Below, piece by piece: positions 1 through 8,705 of a stretch of DNA of 26,206 bases. Position numbers and translations under genes: made by a program. Source of the stretch: Pseudomonadota bacterium (GTDB lineage: Bacteria > Myxococcota > JACRCW01 > JAFGSX01); NCBI GenBank assembly GCA_043821645.1, contig JBDRCO010000127.1, forward strand, positions 1 to 26,206. The letters are read 5' to 3'. A model generated the notes under the pieces. That model searched no databases, was not told where the DNA came from, and worked only from the letters and a program-made list of their open reading frames with translations. Each line of letters opens with the position of its first letter. Within the stretch, counting starts at the first letter, position 1.

Positions 1-265
1 GCAAGCGAGCTCCTGGGTCGACTCGCCGCCCTGGTGCCGCCCAAGGGGTTCAACCTCACGCGCTACCACGGCTGCCTGGCGCCGCGCTCGAGCATCAGAG
101 ATCTCATCGTTCCCGCGCCGCCGGCGCCCGACGAGACGGACCTTCTCGACGATAGGCCAGCCGATCCAGTGGCCACCCTTCCTGCGCGCCCGCGGCGGAT
201 CCCCTGGGCCGAGTTGCTGAGGCGCGTGTTCCAAAGCGAGGTCGACCGCTGTGCCTGGGGCGGGC
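1..265 (+). pseudogene. IS91-family (Y2 HUH) transposase, C-terminal fragment, apparently truncated
   Basis: Frame +1 reads ELLGRLAALVPPKGFNLTRYHGCLAPRS...RIPWAELLRRVFQSEVDRCAWGG, resembling the LVP..R.HL.RYHGV.AP and W..LL.RVF..DV..C..CGG motifs of IS91-like transposases. Resemblance ends near 265 and the frame stops at 360. The 5' part lies outside the window. Confidence 0.75.
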
Positions 266-356
266 CCCGCCGCCCCGCGAAGCGGGAGCGGTGGGAGAGA
301 CATCGCGCTGGCCGGCTGCCGCGCAGCGGCTGCTGGCTCAAGCTGGCCGCGGAGAG

Positions 357-516
357 CTAGGCGGCCTTGATTGCTGCCAGCTTCCTCCTGACCTCCACCA
401 TGGCCCTGGTGTCGCGCGTGCAGTGGTCGATGAGGTGCTGCTGCAGCTCGCGCTTGCGGTCCGCGTCGGCGGTGGTGATGGCCTCGTGGTGGGCTCGCCC
501 GGCGGCCTGGCCGTCC
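357..516 (-). pseudogene. Detached duplicate of the DUF2779 gene 3' end with an alternative C-terminus
   Basis: 384-516 matches 1944-2076 (133 bp, 8 mismatches by hand count). The frame reads DGQAAGRAHHEAITTADADRKRELQQHLIDHCTRDTRAMVEVRRKLAAIKAA* with TAG at 357-359. Confidence 0.9.
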
Positions 517-557
517 CGATCGACGAGGAGCCACTCCGTGCGTCCTACCCGCGGAGG

Positions 558-1736
558 TCACATTTTTTCCCCCACCTCCACCCCATCCCCCACGAACACC
601 CCGTTGCCTAGACTGCGCTGACCGCGCCGCGGCGTGACGAACGTTCGCGAGATGATGTTGTCGTCGCCGGCCAGGCGGCGCAGCTCGTCAAAGCCCCTGT
701 GCTCAGGCCTGGGAGTCTCACTCCACTTGCACTCGATGAGCTCGAGGCGGCCGCCGCGCGGCAGCACAAAGTCGACCTCGTGGCCGTAGTGGTCGCGAAA
801 GAAGTACAGCTGGGCACGGCGCCCCTGGTTGGCATGGCGGCGCACGAGCTGGCCGTGGACGTGGGTCTCGAACATGGCGCCCAGCAGGGTGCTTTGCTCG
901 AGATCGCGTGGCTCGCGCATGCCGGTCAGGTGGCAGGCCAGACCGGTGTCCAGGAAGTAGAGCTTGGGCGTCTTGATCAGGCGCTTGCCCAGGTTGCCGT
1001 GATAGGGCTCGAGCAGGGCGATCACGCCCGAGGCCTCGAGCACCGAGATCCAGGCCTTGGCCGTGCTTGGGGTGATGCCCACGTCGGCGGCGAGGCTGCT
1101 GAACGACAGGAGCTGGCCGGTGCGCGCCGCGCACAGCCTGATCAGCCGATCAAAGTCGCGCAGGTTGCGCACGTTGAGCATGGAGCGCACGTCGCGCTCG
1201 AGGTAGGTCACCAGGTAGTCTCTGTAGAAGCGTTCGGGGTCGAGCGCGCGAGCGTGCAGCTCGGGGTAGCCGCCCAGGAACATGCAGCGGATCAGCGCCT
1301 CGCGCTCGAGCGGTGTGCCCCAGAAGCGCTCGATCTCCAGCGCCGACAAGGTGTGCAACCTTGTCACGCTGCAGCGGCCCGCCAGGCTCTCGCTGACCCC
1401 TTGCATCAGCGGGAAGTGCTGCGAGCCGGAGATCACGTACTGGCCCTGCCGCTCGCGGTCCCGGTCAATGGCGGCCTTGAGGTAGCGCAGCAGGCCGGGT
1501 GCGTACTGCACCTCGTCGATGATGAGCGGCGCCGGGTGTTGCTGCAAAAAGAACTCGCCCGAGTGCTCCGCCGCCTCGGCCACGGCGGGCACGTCCAGGC
1601 TGACATAGGTGTGATCCGGGAACACGCGCGAAGCCAGGCTGGTCTTGCCCGTCTGCCTGGCGCCGGTCAGCACCAGCGCCGGTTTCTCGCCGGCTATGGC
1701 GCCCAGTGAATCCTCAAAATCCCTTTCAATCCACAT
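558..1736 (-). CDS. ATP-binding protein, AAA_14 + DUF4143 family
   Basis: Walker A LTGARQTGKT, Walker B IIDEVQ, ISGS, SESLAGR, GGYPE, RLIKTPKLYFLDTGL and C-terminal EVDFV..IECK. Confidence 0.93.
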   Translation of the reverse strand: MWIERDFEDSLGAIAGEKPALVLTGARQTGKTSLASRVFPDHTYVSLDVPAVAEAAEHSGEFFLQQHPAPLIIDEVQYAPGLLRYLKAAIDRDRERQGQYVISGSQHFPLMQGVSESLAGRCSVTRLHTLSALEIERFWGTPLEREALIRCMFLGGYPELHARALDPERFYRDYLVTYLERDVRSMLNVRNLRDFDRLIRLCAARTGQLLSFSSLAADVGITPSTAKAWISVLEASGVIALLEPYHGNLGKRLIKTPKLYFLDTGLACHLTGMREPRDLEQSTLLGAMFETHVHGQLVRRHANQGRRAQLYFFRDHYGHEVDFVLPRGGRLELIECKWSETPRPEHRGFDELRRLAGDDNIISRTFVTPRRGQRSLGNGVFVGDGVEVGEKM

Positions 1737-1825
1737 GATTGTGTATTATGCAATTATGTTGCAGTAATTTCTACAATACAATTATATAATTCCCAAATAC
1801 ATGATATTTCATATATATTTTGCTT
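1737..1825 (-). promoter_or_regulatory. AT-rich promoter/operator region of the AAA ATPase gene
   Basis: Abrupt AT-rich tract in high-GC DNA, with TATAAT on the minus strand (1781-1786) and imperfect TTG..CAA palindromes (attgtgtattatgcaat; ttgcagtaatttctacaa) next to the start codon. Confidence 0.6.
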
Positions 1826-1931
1826 TCGCTGGGAACCCAGACCGCCACACGCTCTGCACCCAACTCGCCACCACCCCGATCGACATCTCGCTTGGAACCT
1901 CACGTTGCTGTTTTTGAAAGGCTCCTTGAGT

Positions 1932-3485
1932 TCACAGCAAGGCCCTCCTGACCTCCACCATGGCCCTGGTGTCGCGCGTGCAGTAGTCGATGAGGTGCTG
2001 CTGCAGCTCGCGCTTCCTGGCCTCGTCGTCGGTGGTGATGGCCTCGAGGTGGGCTCGCCCTGCGGCCTGGCCGTCCTGGATGCCGAGGTCGTCGTAGCCA
2101 AGCGACGGCACCAGCGCCGGCAAGACGCTCTTGATGGAGAAGGAGCCGTGGAAGTCGGGGTGGTAGTAGTGCTCGCGCACCACCTTCAACAGATCCCACA
2201 GCCTGTCGTCGATTCGCTTGATGGCCTGCGCGTGGTGCGGCAGGTCGCGGGCCAGCCTGCTGAGCTGGCCGCGCTCGTAGCCGCTGTACACGCAGACGCT
2301 GCCCTTGCTGCCGACCGCGTCGATGAGCGTCCGGCAGAACGCTTCTCTCGGATCCTCGTCCTCGAAGGCCAGGAACAGGCGGTGCTCGGTGGAGCCATCC
2401 CGCTGCTCGACGTGGCAGGACCACTCGAAGGGGATCGCCTGGTAGGGACTTGTTCCCGGATAGCGAGGCAGCGCCGGAGCAAAGGTCTCGAAGTCGAGGT
2501 GGTACAGGGGCCAGGTGACCTCGGCGAGGGCTTCCTGAAGGCCCTCGCCCACGTATGGCCTTCCTGAGACCACGGCGTCCCTGACCCTGGCCTGTACCTC
2601 CGTCAGCCTGAAGTCGTCCGGCAGCTCGTGGATGGTCTGAACTCCCTCGGCCTCGAGCTGGGCGCGGGCGCGCTGGCTCAGGCGGGGCAGCTCGTCGATG
2701 GGATCCTCGACGACAGCGTAACCCCGGGTGCAGAAGGCCTGGAACGGGCACTCGTAGGGTGTCGAGCAGTGGTCGCCCGGCTCGATGTCCGGTGCCTCGT
2801 CCGCGGCCAGCATGCGCAGCAGCCTGCCGACGTTCTTCTCGACCTCCCGCCCCTTGGCCCTGGCCTCACGGGCCAGGTCGTGCAGGGTGAACAGCTCGTG
2901 CAGGTCGTACTCGCCGCCCTGGTACACGTAGGACGTGTTGAGGGTCAGGATGCCGGCGTTGCCTATGTTCACGCCCTGCTGGGAGAGCACCCAGAGCTGA
3001 ACGGCGAGGTCGTCCAGGTTGGGGTCCTTCACCTGCGTGCTCGACTTGACCTCGACCAGGTCCCAGCGGCCGCGACCCGAGCGAGCCAGGATGTCGGCCC
3101 GGATGGCCACCTTGCGGTGGCTGAAGGCAGCCTCGAACAGCGCTGGCACGCTGCGGTCGTTGAGGAGCCTCAGCGTCCTGTGCTCAGCCTCTGCGTGGTG
3201 CTTGTGGTCCTCGTCAACGAGGATGCCACCCGGATGGCGACCCGTGGCCACCCGGCCCACGTGGTTGCCGGTGTCAAAGATGGCCTGCAGCGACTCGTCG
3301 GTGGGGGTCGCTTCCTGCCTGGCGTAGGACTGCAGCCACAGCCTGAGGGGACACTGCAGCCCGTTCACGTAGCGTGACTTGGAGAGGCGGGGCGGCCTCA
3401 TGCCTGGAGGCTTGATGAGAGGATCGGAGGTGCTCTTGACGGTCGGCATGCCTGGGGCCCCCTGCTGGTCGATCGAGGATTGCAT
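1932..3485 (-). CDS. DUF2779-domain protein: Cas4/RecB-like PD-(D/E)XK nuclease fused to an RNase H-like exonuclease domain
   Basis: LSKSRY...QCP, ADIL..WDLVEVKSST, DLAVQ, Cys cluster HCSTPYECPFQAFC, then LDFET..IPFEWSCH..SIKSVLPAL..YCTRD. Start uncertain (3485, 3449 or 3401). Confidence 0.88.
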   Translation of the reverse strand: MQSSIDQQGAPGMPTVKSTSDPLIKPPGMRPPRLSKSRYVNGLQCPLRLWLQSYARQEATPTDESLQAIFDTGNHVGRVATGRHPGGILVDEDHKHHAEAEHRTLRLLNDRSVPALFEAAFSHRKVAIRADILARSGRGRWDLVEVKSSTQVKDPNLDDLAVQLWVLSQQGVNIGNAGILTLNTSYVYQGGEYDLHELFTLHDLAREARAKGREVEKNVGRLLRMLAADEAPDIEPGDHCSTPYECPFQAFCTRGYAVVEDPIDELPRLSQRARAQLEAEGVQTIHELPDDFRLTEVQARVRDAVVSGRPYVGEGLQEALAEVTWPLYHLDFETFAPALPRYPGTSPYQAIPFEWSCHVEQRDGSTEHRLFLAFEDEDPREAFCRTLIDAVGSKGSVCVYSGYERGQLSRLARDLPHHAQAIKRIDDRLWDLLKVVREHYYHPDFHGSFSIKSVLPALVPSLGYDDLGIQDGQAAGRAHLEAITTDDEARKRELQQHLIDYCTRDTRAMVEVRRALL

Positions 3486-3530
3486 GTCCCCATGCTGGCA
3501 AGGAAGTACGACGGGATGTGTCGCATTGAA

Positions 3531-3750
3531 TCAGGTGGGCAGGTCGGCAGGTTGCAGGTAGGCAAGCAGGCAGGGAGCAGGACGGCAGGGGACTATCAGG
3601 TGGGCAGGTTGGCGGGACGGCAGGTTGCAGGTAGGCAAGCAGGCAGGTGGGCAGGTGGGCAGGGAGGCAGGGAGGACAGCAGGCAGGTGGGCAGGGAGGA
3701 CAGCAGGCAGGGAGCAGGACGGCAGGTCGCAGGACGGCAGGTGGGCGGGA
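3531..3750 (+). repeat. Degenerate tandem repeat of GGCAGG-containing 4/8-nt units
   Basis: Runs such as ggcaggtgggcaggtgggcagggaggcagggaggacagcaggcaggtgggcagggaggacagc; intergenic. Confidence 0.85.
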
Positions 3751-3957
3751 CAGACGCCAGGCTTCGAGGTGGTGAGCAAGGTCAGGAGGCGGGCCCTGAG
3801 GGGAAAGGAGGAAACACCGTGGCCGCTGGACACGTGCCGGATTGGTGGGCTTCCTGTCAGACTCAGGAAGGTGGGGTGTCCAGGCAGACCGGGTCAGATC
3901 AGCTTTTTATCCTTGGAGACACCGCGGAGCGGCAGGAGAGGAGCAGCGCAGCTCGGA

Positions 3958-4013
3958 GATGCCGCATAGCGGCGCTTGTTCGCTTGCTGGCGACGCGCCG
4001 CTGCAGCGTCATC
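3958..4013. repeat. 56-bp bulged-hairpin repeat, copy 1
   Basis: gatgccgcatagcggcgcttgttcgcttgctggcgacgcgccgctgcagcgtcatc; 55/56 identical to 9541-9596; stems GATG/CATC, AGCGGCGC/GCGCCGCT and TCGC/GCGA. Confidence 0.92.
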
Positions 4014-4082
4014 GGGGCGAGTAGAAGGCTGGGACGGAGCACGGGAAATCGGAAGCTGAGGGTCCCTGGAATCGAGACCGCC

Positions 4083-6449
4083 TCAGAGCGCGAAATCCAC
4101 GAACGTCAACGTGTAGTTCACGGTGTCGGGAACATGCGCATCGTCGATGTTGATGCAGACATAGAGAACTTCCGGGTACTGCAGGTAGGGCTCGGAAATG
4201 AAAGCCTCGTACTGGTCCGTGCCAATCATCCCGTACTGCCTCGGTATGCGGGTGCCATCCTCGTTCAAGACGTACATGTCGAGGTCGGCACCCGCGTCGA
4301 AGTCCAGCCGAACGCCTGCCCGGCGAGCTCGAACCACCATGCGGAAGCAGTCCTCGACATCCTCGCTACCGCGGACGATGAGCCCGGAGCCGTCCGATGC
4401 CTCGGCCGTCCCGTTCACCACGGAGGGGAACTGCACGATGGCCTGGGCCGTGGCTATGTCGTCGTTCTCCTCGGTCTCCGCGATCTGGGCGAGCTGGGCG
4501 CCAAGCGGAACCGCCACCACCTCGTAGAACCCGCTGTTGAAGGTCCGGTCGAAGTCCTGGGCACCGACCCCCACGAACAATCCTGAGGTCATGCTCTCGA
4601 CCGGGGGTGTGATCAGGAACGAGCCGGTTCCGCTCGAGAGCAGGGCTGCCTGGAAGGGCAAGATGGCGCTCTCGATCAAGTTCGCGTTGCCATCGAAGAT
4701 CGAAACGTTGAGCCTCGCCAGACCGTCGGTGGGAATCACCGCCAAGGCGACACGACCCGTCACACCCTCGGTCTCGAGCTTCCAGAAGTCCTCGACGTCT
4801 TCGGAGAAGGACATCATGCCGGAGCCGGCAAAGATGGCATGTGGGAAGGAGAGGTCTCCATCCTCGGCGAAGTCCACCCAGCCCACAGCCATCGAGGGTG
4901 GGGGAGCGAGGACGTTGGTGATGGTCTCTGCTCCATCCCCGAGCTCATTGGGTTCATGTTCCTGCCGCCCCTCGGGCTCGTAGCCAAGGACCAGCAGGGC
5001 TCTCTGGTCTCCGACGGTGACAAGGAGGTCATCTCCATCGCCACTCATGTCCATGCGCCAGATCACCCCTGCCTCGTCCTCCGGGTCCCCCACGGGAAGC
5101 TGCCACTCGACGTCGTTCCTGAGGGTGCTGATGCGGGAGATCGAATGATCACCGGCCACGTACAGCCAGGCGCCGTGATCAGGCTCGATGGCCAGGTCGA
5201 CGACGCTACTGCCGACCTCGATGTTCTTGATGATGGACCAGTCCTCGGGATTTGATGCGGAAGTGTCGATGACACTCAGGTTGCCGCTCCCCTTGTTGGC
5301 GACGTACGCGCGGATCCCGGTCGGGTGAAACACCACGTCCCCTGGCTCGGCGAGCTGTCCCTGCAGGATCGTGGCCTCGCGCGTGTAGGTCCCGGTGTCG
5401 TCGTAGCTGATGAGAACAAGCGCATCGTGGGCGGTGTCGCTGACGATCAGTCGACTGCCCGTGTCCGTCAGCCTGAATGGCGTGGCGCCCACACCAAGCA
5501 CCTCGCGGCCAAGCACCTTCTTGACCGTACCGAAGGTCACGCTGACCGGCACCGGGTCCACGACGCTGATCTTCCCGGTTCCCCAGTGCAGCACGTAGAG
5601 CGCATCGCCAAGCTTCCCGTAGGTGAGGTACTGAGCGCCGATCTCGACATCGAGTTCGTCGTCCAGCTCGAGGCCCACGGTCGGGTTTCTGCCGAAGAAG
5701 TAAACGGTATCGCCGCACATGGCCGCCCCGAACGCCTCGAGTGCCGGGTAGATCTTCACATCGAAGTCCGCAACGTGCGCCGGGCAGGGCAGCGCCAGGC
5801 TGTATCGCTCTCGTGTCTCCAGGAGGGTCCAGTTGATCTTGTGATCCGAGAAGTTCATCGAGGCGTCGGTCTCGAAGGACGAGTACACGACGACACTCTG
5901 CTCTGCCTTCATGTCGAGTTCTGTGGGGATACCCGGCGTCGAGATGGCGCTGTGGAGGCCATTGAAGAAGCTGCCAGGAGCGATGCTGGCATCCATTGCG
6001 GCTCCCGCACCTGTATCCGGATTATCCGCGGCCCACACCACCTCGATGATGTTGGCGGCTCCGTCATGGTCATCGTCCGGGTAGACGTAGGAGTCTGCCG
6101 GCACGCTCACCTTTGCGGTGGAGTAGTTCTGCAGCCGGACCTTCTGCGGCTCGGCACTTCGTGCAATCACAATGTCCCCGGAACGCCACACGATGCTCAC
6201 CAGCAGGTCCACGCCCGCTGGCAACTCTCCCAGCCTGGCGCGAGCAGCGTCGCCTTCCTGCTCGAGGTTGGCTCGCGAGACCTCCGAGATGGTGCTGCCG
6301 TCCTTGCGCTCGACGAGCACCTCCCCGACCAGGTCCGGGACCACCAGCAGGTCCTGAAACAGCGGCCGGGCGATTCCCAGACGGACCGGAGATTCACTGC
6401 AGGCACACAGGCTCAGCAGGGCGAGGCTGGTGAGAGCTGGATATTTCAC
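4083..6449 (-). CDS. Lipoprotein with YncE/YVTN-like beta-propeller and two C-terminal PPC-like domains
   Basis: GTG at 6449 with GGAGG RBS, overlapping the upstream TGA. Lipobox LLSLCA-C, DDDHDG Ca-loop, RAYVANKGSGNLSVID blade, and repeated E.E.N..A..I / DVED motifs. Confidence 0.8.
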   Translation of the reverse strand: MKYPALTSLALLSLCACSESPVRLGIARPLFQDLLVVPDLVGEVLVERKDGSTISEVSRANLEQEGDAARARLGELPAGVDLLVSIVWRSGDIVIARSAEPQKVRLQNYSTAKVSVPADSYVYPDDDHDGAANIIEVVWAADNPDTGAGAAMDASIAPGSFFNGLHSAISTPGIPTELDMKAEQSVVVYSSFETDASMNFSDHKINWTLLETRERYSLALPCPAHVADFDVKIYPALEAFGAAMCGDTVYFFGRNPTVGLELDDELDVEIGAQYLTYGKLGDALYVLHWGTGKISVVDPVPVSVTFGTVKKVLGREVLGVGATPFRLTDTGSRLIVSDTAHDALVLISYDDTGTYTREATILQGQLAEPGDVVFHPTGIRAYVANKGSGNLSVIDTSASNPEDWSIIKNIEVGSSVVDLAIEPDHGAWLYVAGDHSISRISTLRNDVEWQLPVGDPEDEAGVIWRMDMSGDGDDLLVTVGDQRALLVLGYEPEGRQEHEPNELGDGAETITNVLAPPPSMAVGWVDFAEDGDLSFPHAIFAGSGMMSFSEDVEDFWKLETEGVTGRVALAVIPTDGLARLNVSIFDGNANLIESAILPFQAALLSSGTGSFLITPPVESMTSGLFVGVGAQDFDRTFNSGFYEVVAVPLGAQLAQIAETEENDDIATAQAIVQFPSVVNGTAEASDGSGLIVRGSEDVEDCFRMVVRARRAGVRLDFDAGADLDMYVLNEDGTRIPRQYGMIGTDQYEAFISEPYLQYPEVLYVCINIDDAHVPDTVNYTLTFVDFAL

Positions 6450-7858
6450 AGCGCACCTCCCGGCCGAGCTGCGGTGACTTCCATGGTGGCTGAGCTCTGG
6501 CCCGCGAGGCCGTAGTAGATGGCTGCGCCTGCCCCCGAGACCAGGGCCACACCGCCCACCCCCACGATGGTCCAGACCCACCACTTCTGGTACCACCTCT
6601 CGGGTATCTCGGTGAGCTCGACCCAGATGGCCGTGGTCTCTGAGGGATCCACGTAGACGTCGGACTGCCACTCGTAGAACCCTGCCTTCGCAACCTTCAG
6701 CACGTGATGCCCCGCAGCCACCTTCTCCAGGGTCTTCATGGGCAGGGTACCCACGGCCTCGTTGTCGACAAGAACCTCGGCCTCGGCGAGAGCACAGCTC
6801 ACTGCCAGGCTCCCGGTGGCACCTTCACCCACCCCGAGCAGTTTCCGGCCAGCATGCCGGACTGCCCGGATGAGCTGGTCCTCGACCCCGCGAAAGCTCT
6901 CGGTGACCCGGCTCTCGACCGTGGCCTGCTGCGGGTTGATGAGCCGCAGCGAGATGACGTAGCTATCGGCGAGCTTGCCGACGCTCCCCACCACGATCCT
7001 GTCGACGCCGAGGGCACCACCGATCTCCGCGATGCAGGAGGTCTCCTCGCAGCTCGCCAGCATGGCCTTCTGCTCCTCGAGCTGGAGCATGGCCTTGATG
7101 TCGTCGCGGCTGACCACCGAGCTTCCCTCGACCTTCTTCAACTCCACCGAGAGAATCTGGGTCAGGTTGTCAGCGGTCACGGCGTCCACGCCGGTCGGTC
7201 GCAGGTCGAAGACAGCGAACGACATGGCCTGGCCTGCCGCGAGCTTGAACCGAGGGCCAGCCGTCCCGACGTTCGTGCCCATGAGCCCGGCCAGCAGGTC
7301 AGGCAAGGCCGCTGGCAACTCTCCAAGGCTCTTGCAGGTATGAGTGGAGCGCTCCCGGGTCTGCGAGGTCGCGGACTCGATGAGCGAGAGGTTGAGGACC
7401 AGCTCCTCTCCGACCTTTCCGAGAGAGCTCGAGAGCAGCAGGTCGACGTGCGCCATGCTGCCGAGCCTGGCGAGGCAGGCTTCATCTGACTCGCAGCCGA
7501 GGAGCTGCTTGTTCCCCTCGTGGGCCAGGGTCTCCTTGATGTCGGCGATGGTCAGCACGCGCAGACCGGGCATCTGCCCGAGATTCTCGGCGATGAGCTC
7601 CGTCAGGGCCGCCATGTCGCTGTCCGGAACCCCGATGGGCCGGACGTTGAGGACCAGGATGCTCTTGCCTGCCTGCTCGACCCCGGTTGACCCGGCTGAG
7701 CTCGCCGGGACTGCCACCTCACCAGGTGCAGGAGCTGGTGCGTTCCCTGGCCCGGGCGTGCTCCCATCCGCGGCCGGGGAGACGGACCGCGCTCCGAGCA
7801 GGCCGGGCTGAAGCAGGGCCCAGAATGCGACTGCAACGACGTCGGTCCTGACGTGCAT
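6446..7858 (-). CDS. PEGA-domain membrane protein with two tandem CsgG/TolB_N-like (C-x4-5-C) domains
   Basis: Signal peptide; two homologous domains (GCESDEACLARLG..LGKVG; SCEETSCIAEIGGALG..VGKL); PEGA (AEVLVDNEAVGTLP..GHHVLKVAKAGF); WYQKWWVW followed by a TM helix. Confidence 0.85.
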   Translation of the reverse strand: MHVRTDVVAVAFWALLQPGLLGARSVSPAADGSTPGPGNAPAPAPGEVAVPASSAGSTGVEQAGKSILVLNVRPIGVPDSDMAALTELIAENLGQMPGLRVLTIADIKETLAHEGNKQLLGCESDEACLARLGSMAHVDLLLSSSLGKVGEELVLNLSLIESATSQTRERSTHTCKSLGELPAALPDLLAGLMGTNVGTAGPRFKLAAGQAMSFAVFDLRPTGVDAVTADNLTQILSVELKKVEGSSVVSRDDIKAMLQLEEQKAMLASCEETSCIAEIGGALGVDRIVVGSVGKLADSYVISLRLINPQQATVESRVTESFRGVEDQLIRAVRHAGRKLLGVGEGATGSLAVSCALAEAEVLVDNEAVGTLPMKTLEKVAAGHHVLKVAKAGFYEWQSDVYVDPSETTAIWVELTEIPERWYQKWWVWTIVGVGGVALVSGAGAAIYYGLAGQSSATMEVTAARPGGAL

Positions 7859-8140
7859 GAGCTGACCCCCCGAAGTCGACCGAAGACGAAACGCGTTGAT
7901 TTCGATGGCTGCTGATCTAACCCCACTTCGGAGACTGTTTCATCTGCTATCCGGCACTTCGGGGCCCCAGCTCGTCGAAAAAATGCTCAGGGGACGGAGG
8001 CGCCGCTGAGGCTCTGACAGCGGGCCGGGGGCAGGACCGTGACCGTAGCTGTCAGCGATGCCGGGCATGCTGCGTCCTGCTGACATGGCCTGCATCAATG
8101 AGGTTCGGGGGACCGGAATGCCAACAGGGAGGAAGCTGCC

Positions 8141-8509
8141 ATGTAGATCTCGACCCGCTTCGATGTCGGTCAGCTCGTCAGCTACAAGGGCATTCCCTGC
8201 CGGGTCATCGTGGCGTACGTGCGCCTCCGCAAGGGAGGGTCCACGGAGGAGTACTTCATCGACGGCGGGCTCAGCATCCGCAAGAAGGTTCCCGCCAACG
8301 AACTGGTCGGTACCGGGCCCGGCGTCGAGGTCGAGACGCGGTTCGACATCGGTGACGTCGTGAATCACCAGCTGGACGGCGAGGTGTCGATCAGGTCCAT
8401 ACGCTGGAGCAGGAGCCGCTGCAACGAGCGCGAGGACTATGACACCTACAGCGAGAGGACCAGGCTCTGGAGCGGCTTCAACCGGAAGGCGGGGCTGAGC
8501 ATCCACTGA
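8141..8509 (+). pseudogene. Small tandem-repeat (SH3/KOW-like) protein gene with an in-frame TAG at codon 2
   Basis: GGAGG (8128-8132), 8 nt, then ATG TAG ATC TCG..., in frame with ORF 8210-8509; internal repeat ISTRFDVGQLV / VETRFDIGDVV. Confidence 0.7.
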
Positions 8510-8705
8510 GGCCGCTGCTGGAGGTCGGCAAGCGACGCGGGTGGTCGCGTGGCCGGCGCATCTTCGGTTCATGAACGATCTTCCAAGAGTCTCGACCAGG
8601 GCGACGGGGACGCTGCCCCCGGCTGCGCCCCTCACGGAGACAGCCCTGTCCAGGACCCGACGGCCGGGGCTATCCTCGCCGCTCCAGCCAGCCAGGAGAG
8701 AGCGC

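Noticed and set aside
1737-1764. dif/XerCD site (TTATGTT)
   Set aside because: The XerD arm is only a partial match and the XerC arm lacks ATAA.
384-2076. DGR template/variable repeat pair
   Set aside because: The 8 mismatches are not adenine-specific in either copy, and there is no reverse transcriptase in the window.
3531-3750. CRISPR array next to a Cas4-like gene
   Set aside because: Low-complexity short units, no repeat-spacer alternation and no cas1/cas2.
3958-4013. Canonical integron attC site
   Set aside because: No RYYYAAC/GTTRRRY ends and no intI.
3480-4586. 368-aa plus-strand ORF
   Set aside because: Composed of repeat translation and antisense overlap with a better-supported gene.
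6450-6671. N-terminal extension of the 862-aa ORF
   Set aside because: Overlaps the PEGA gene; the RBS and lipoprotein signal point to GTG 6449.
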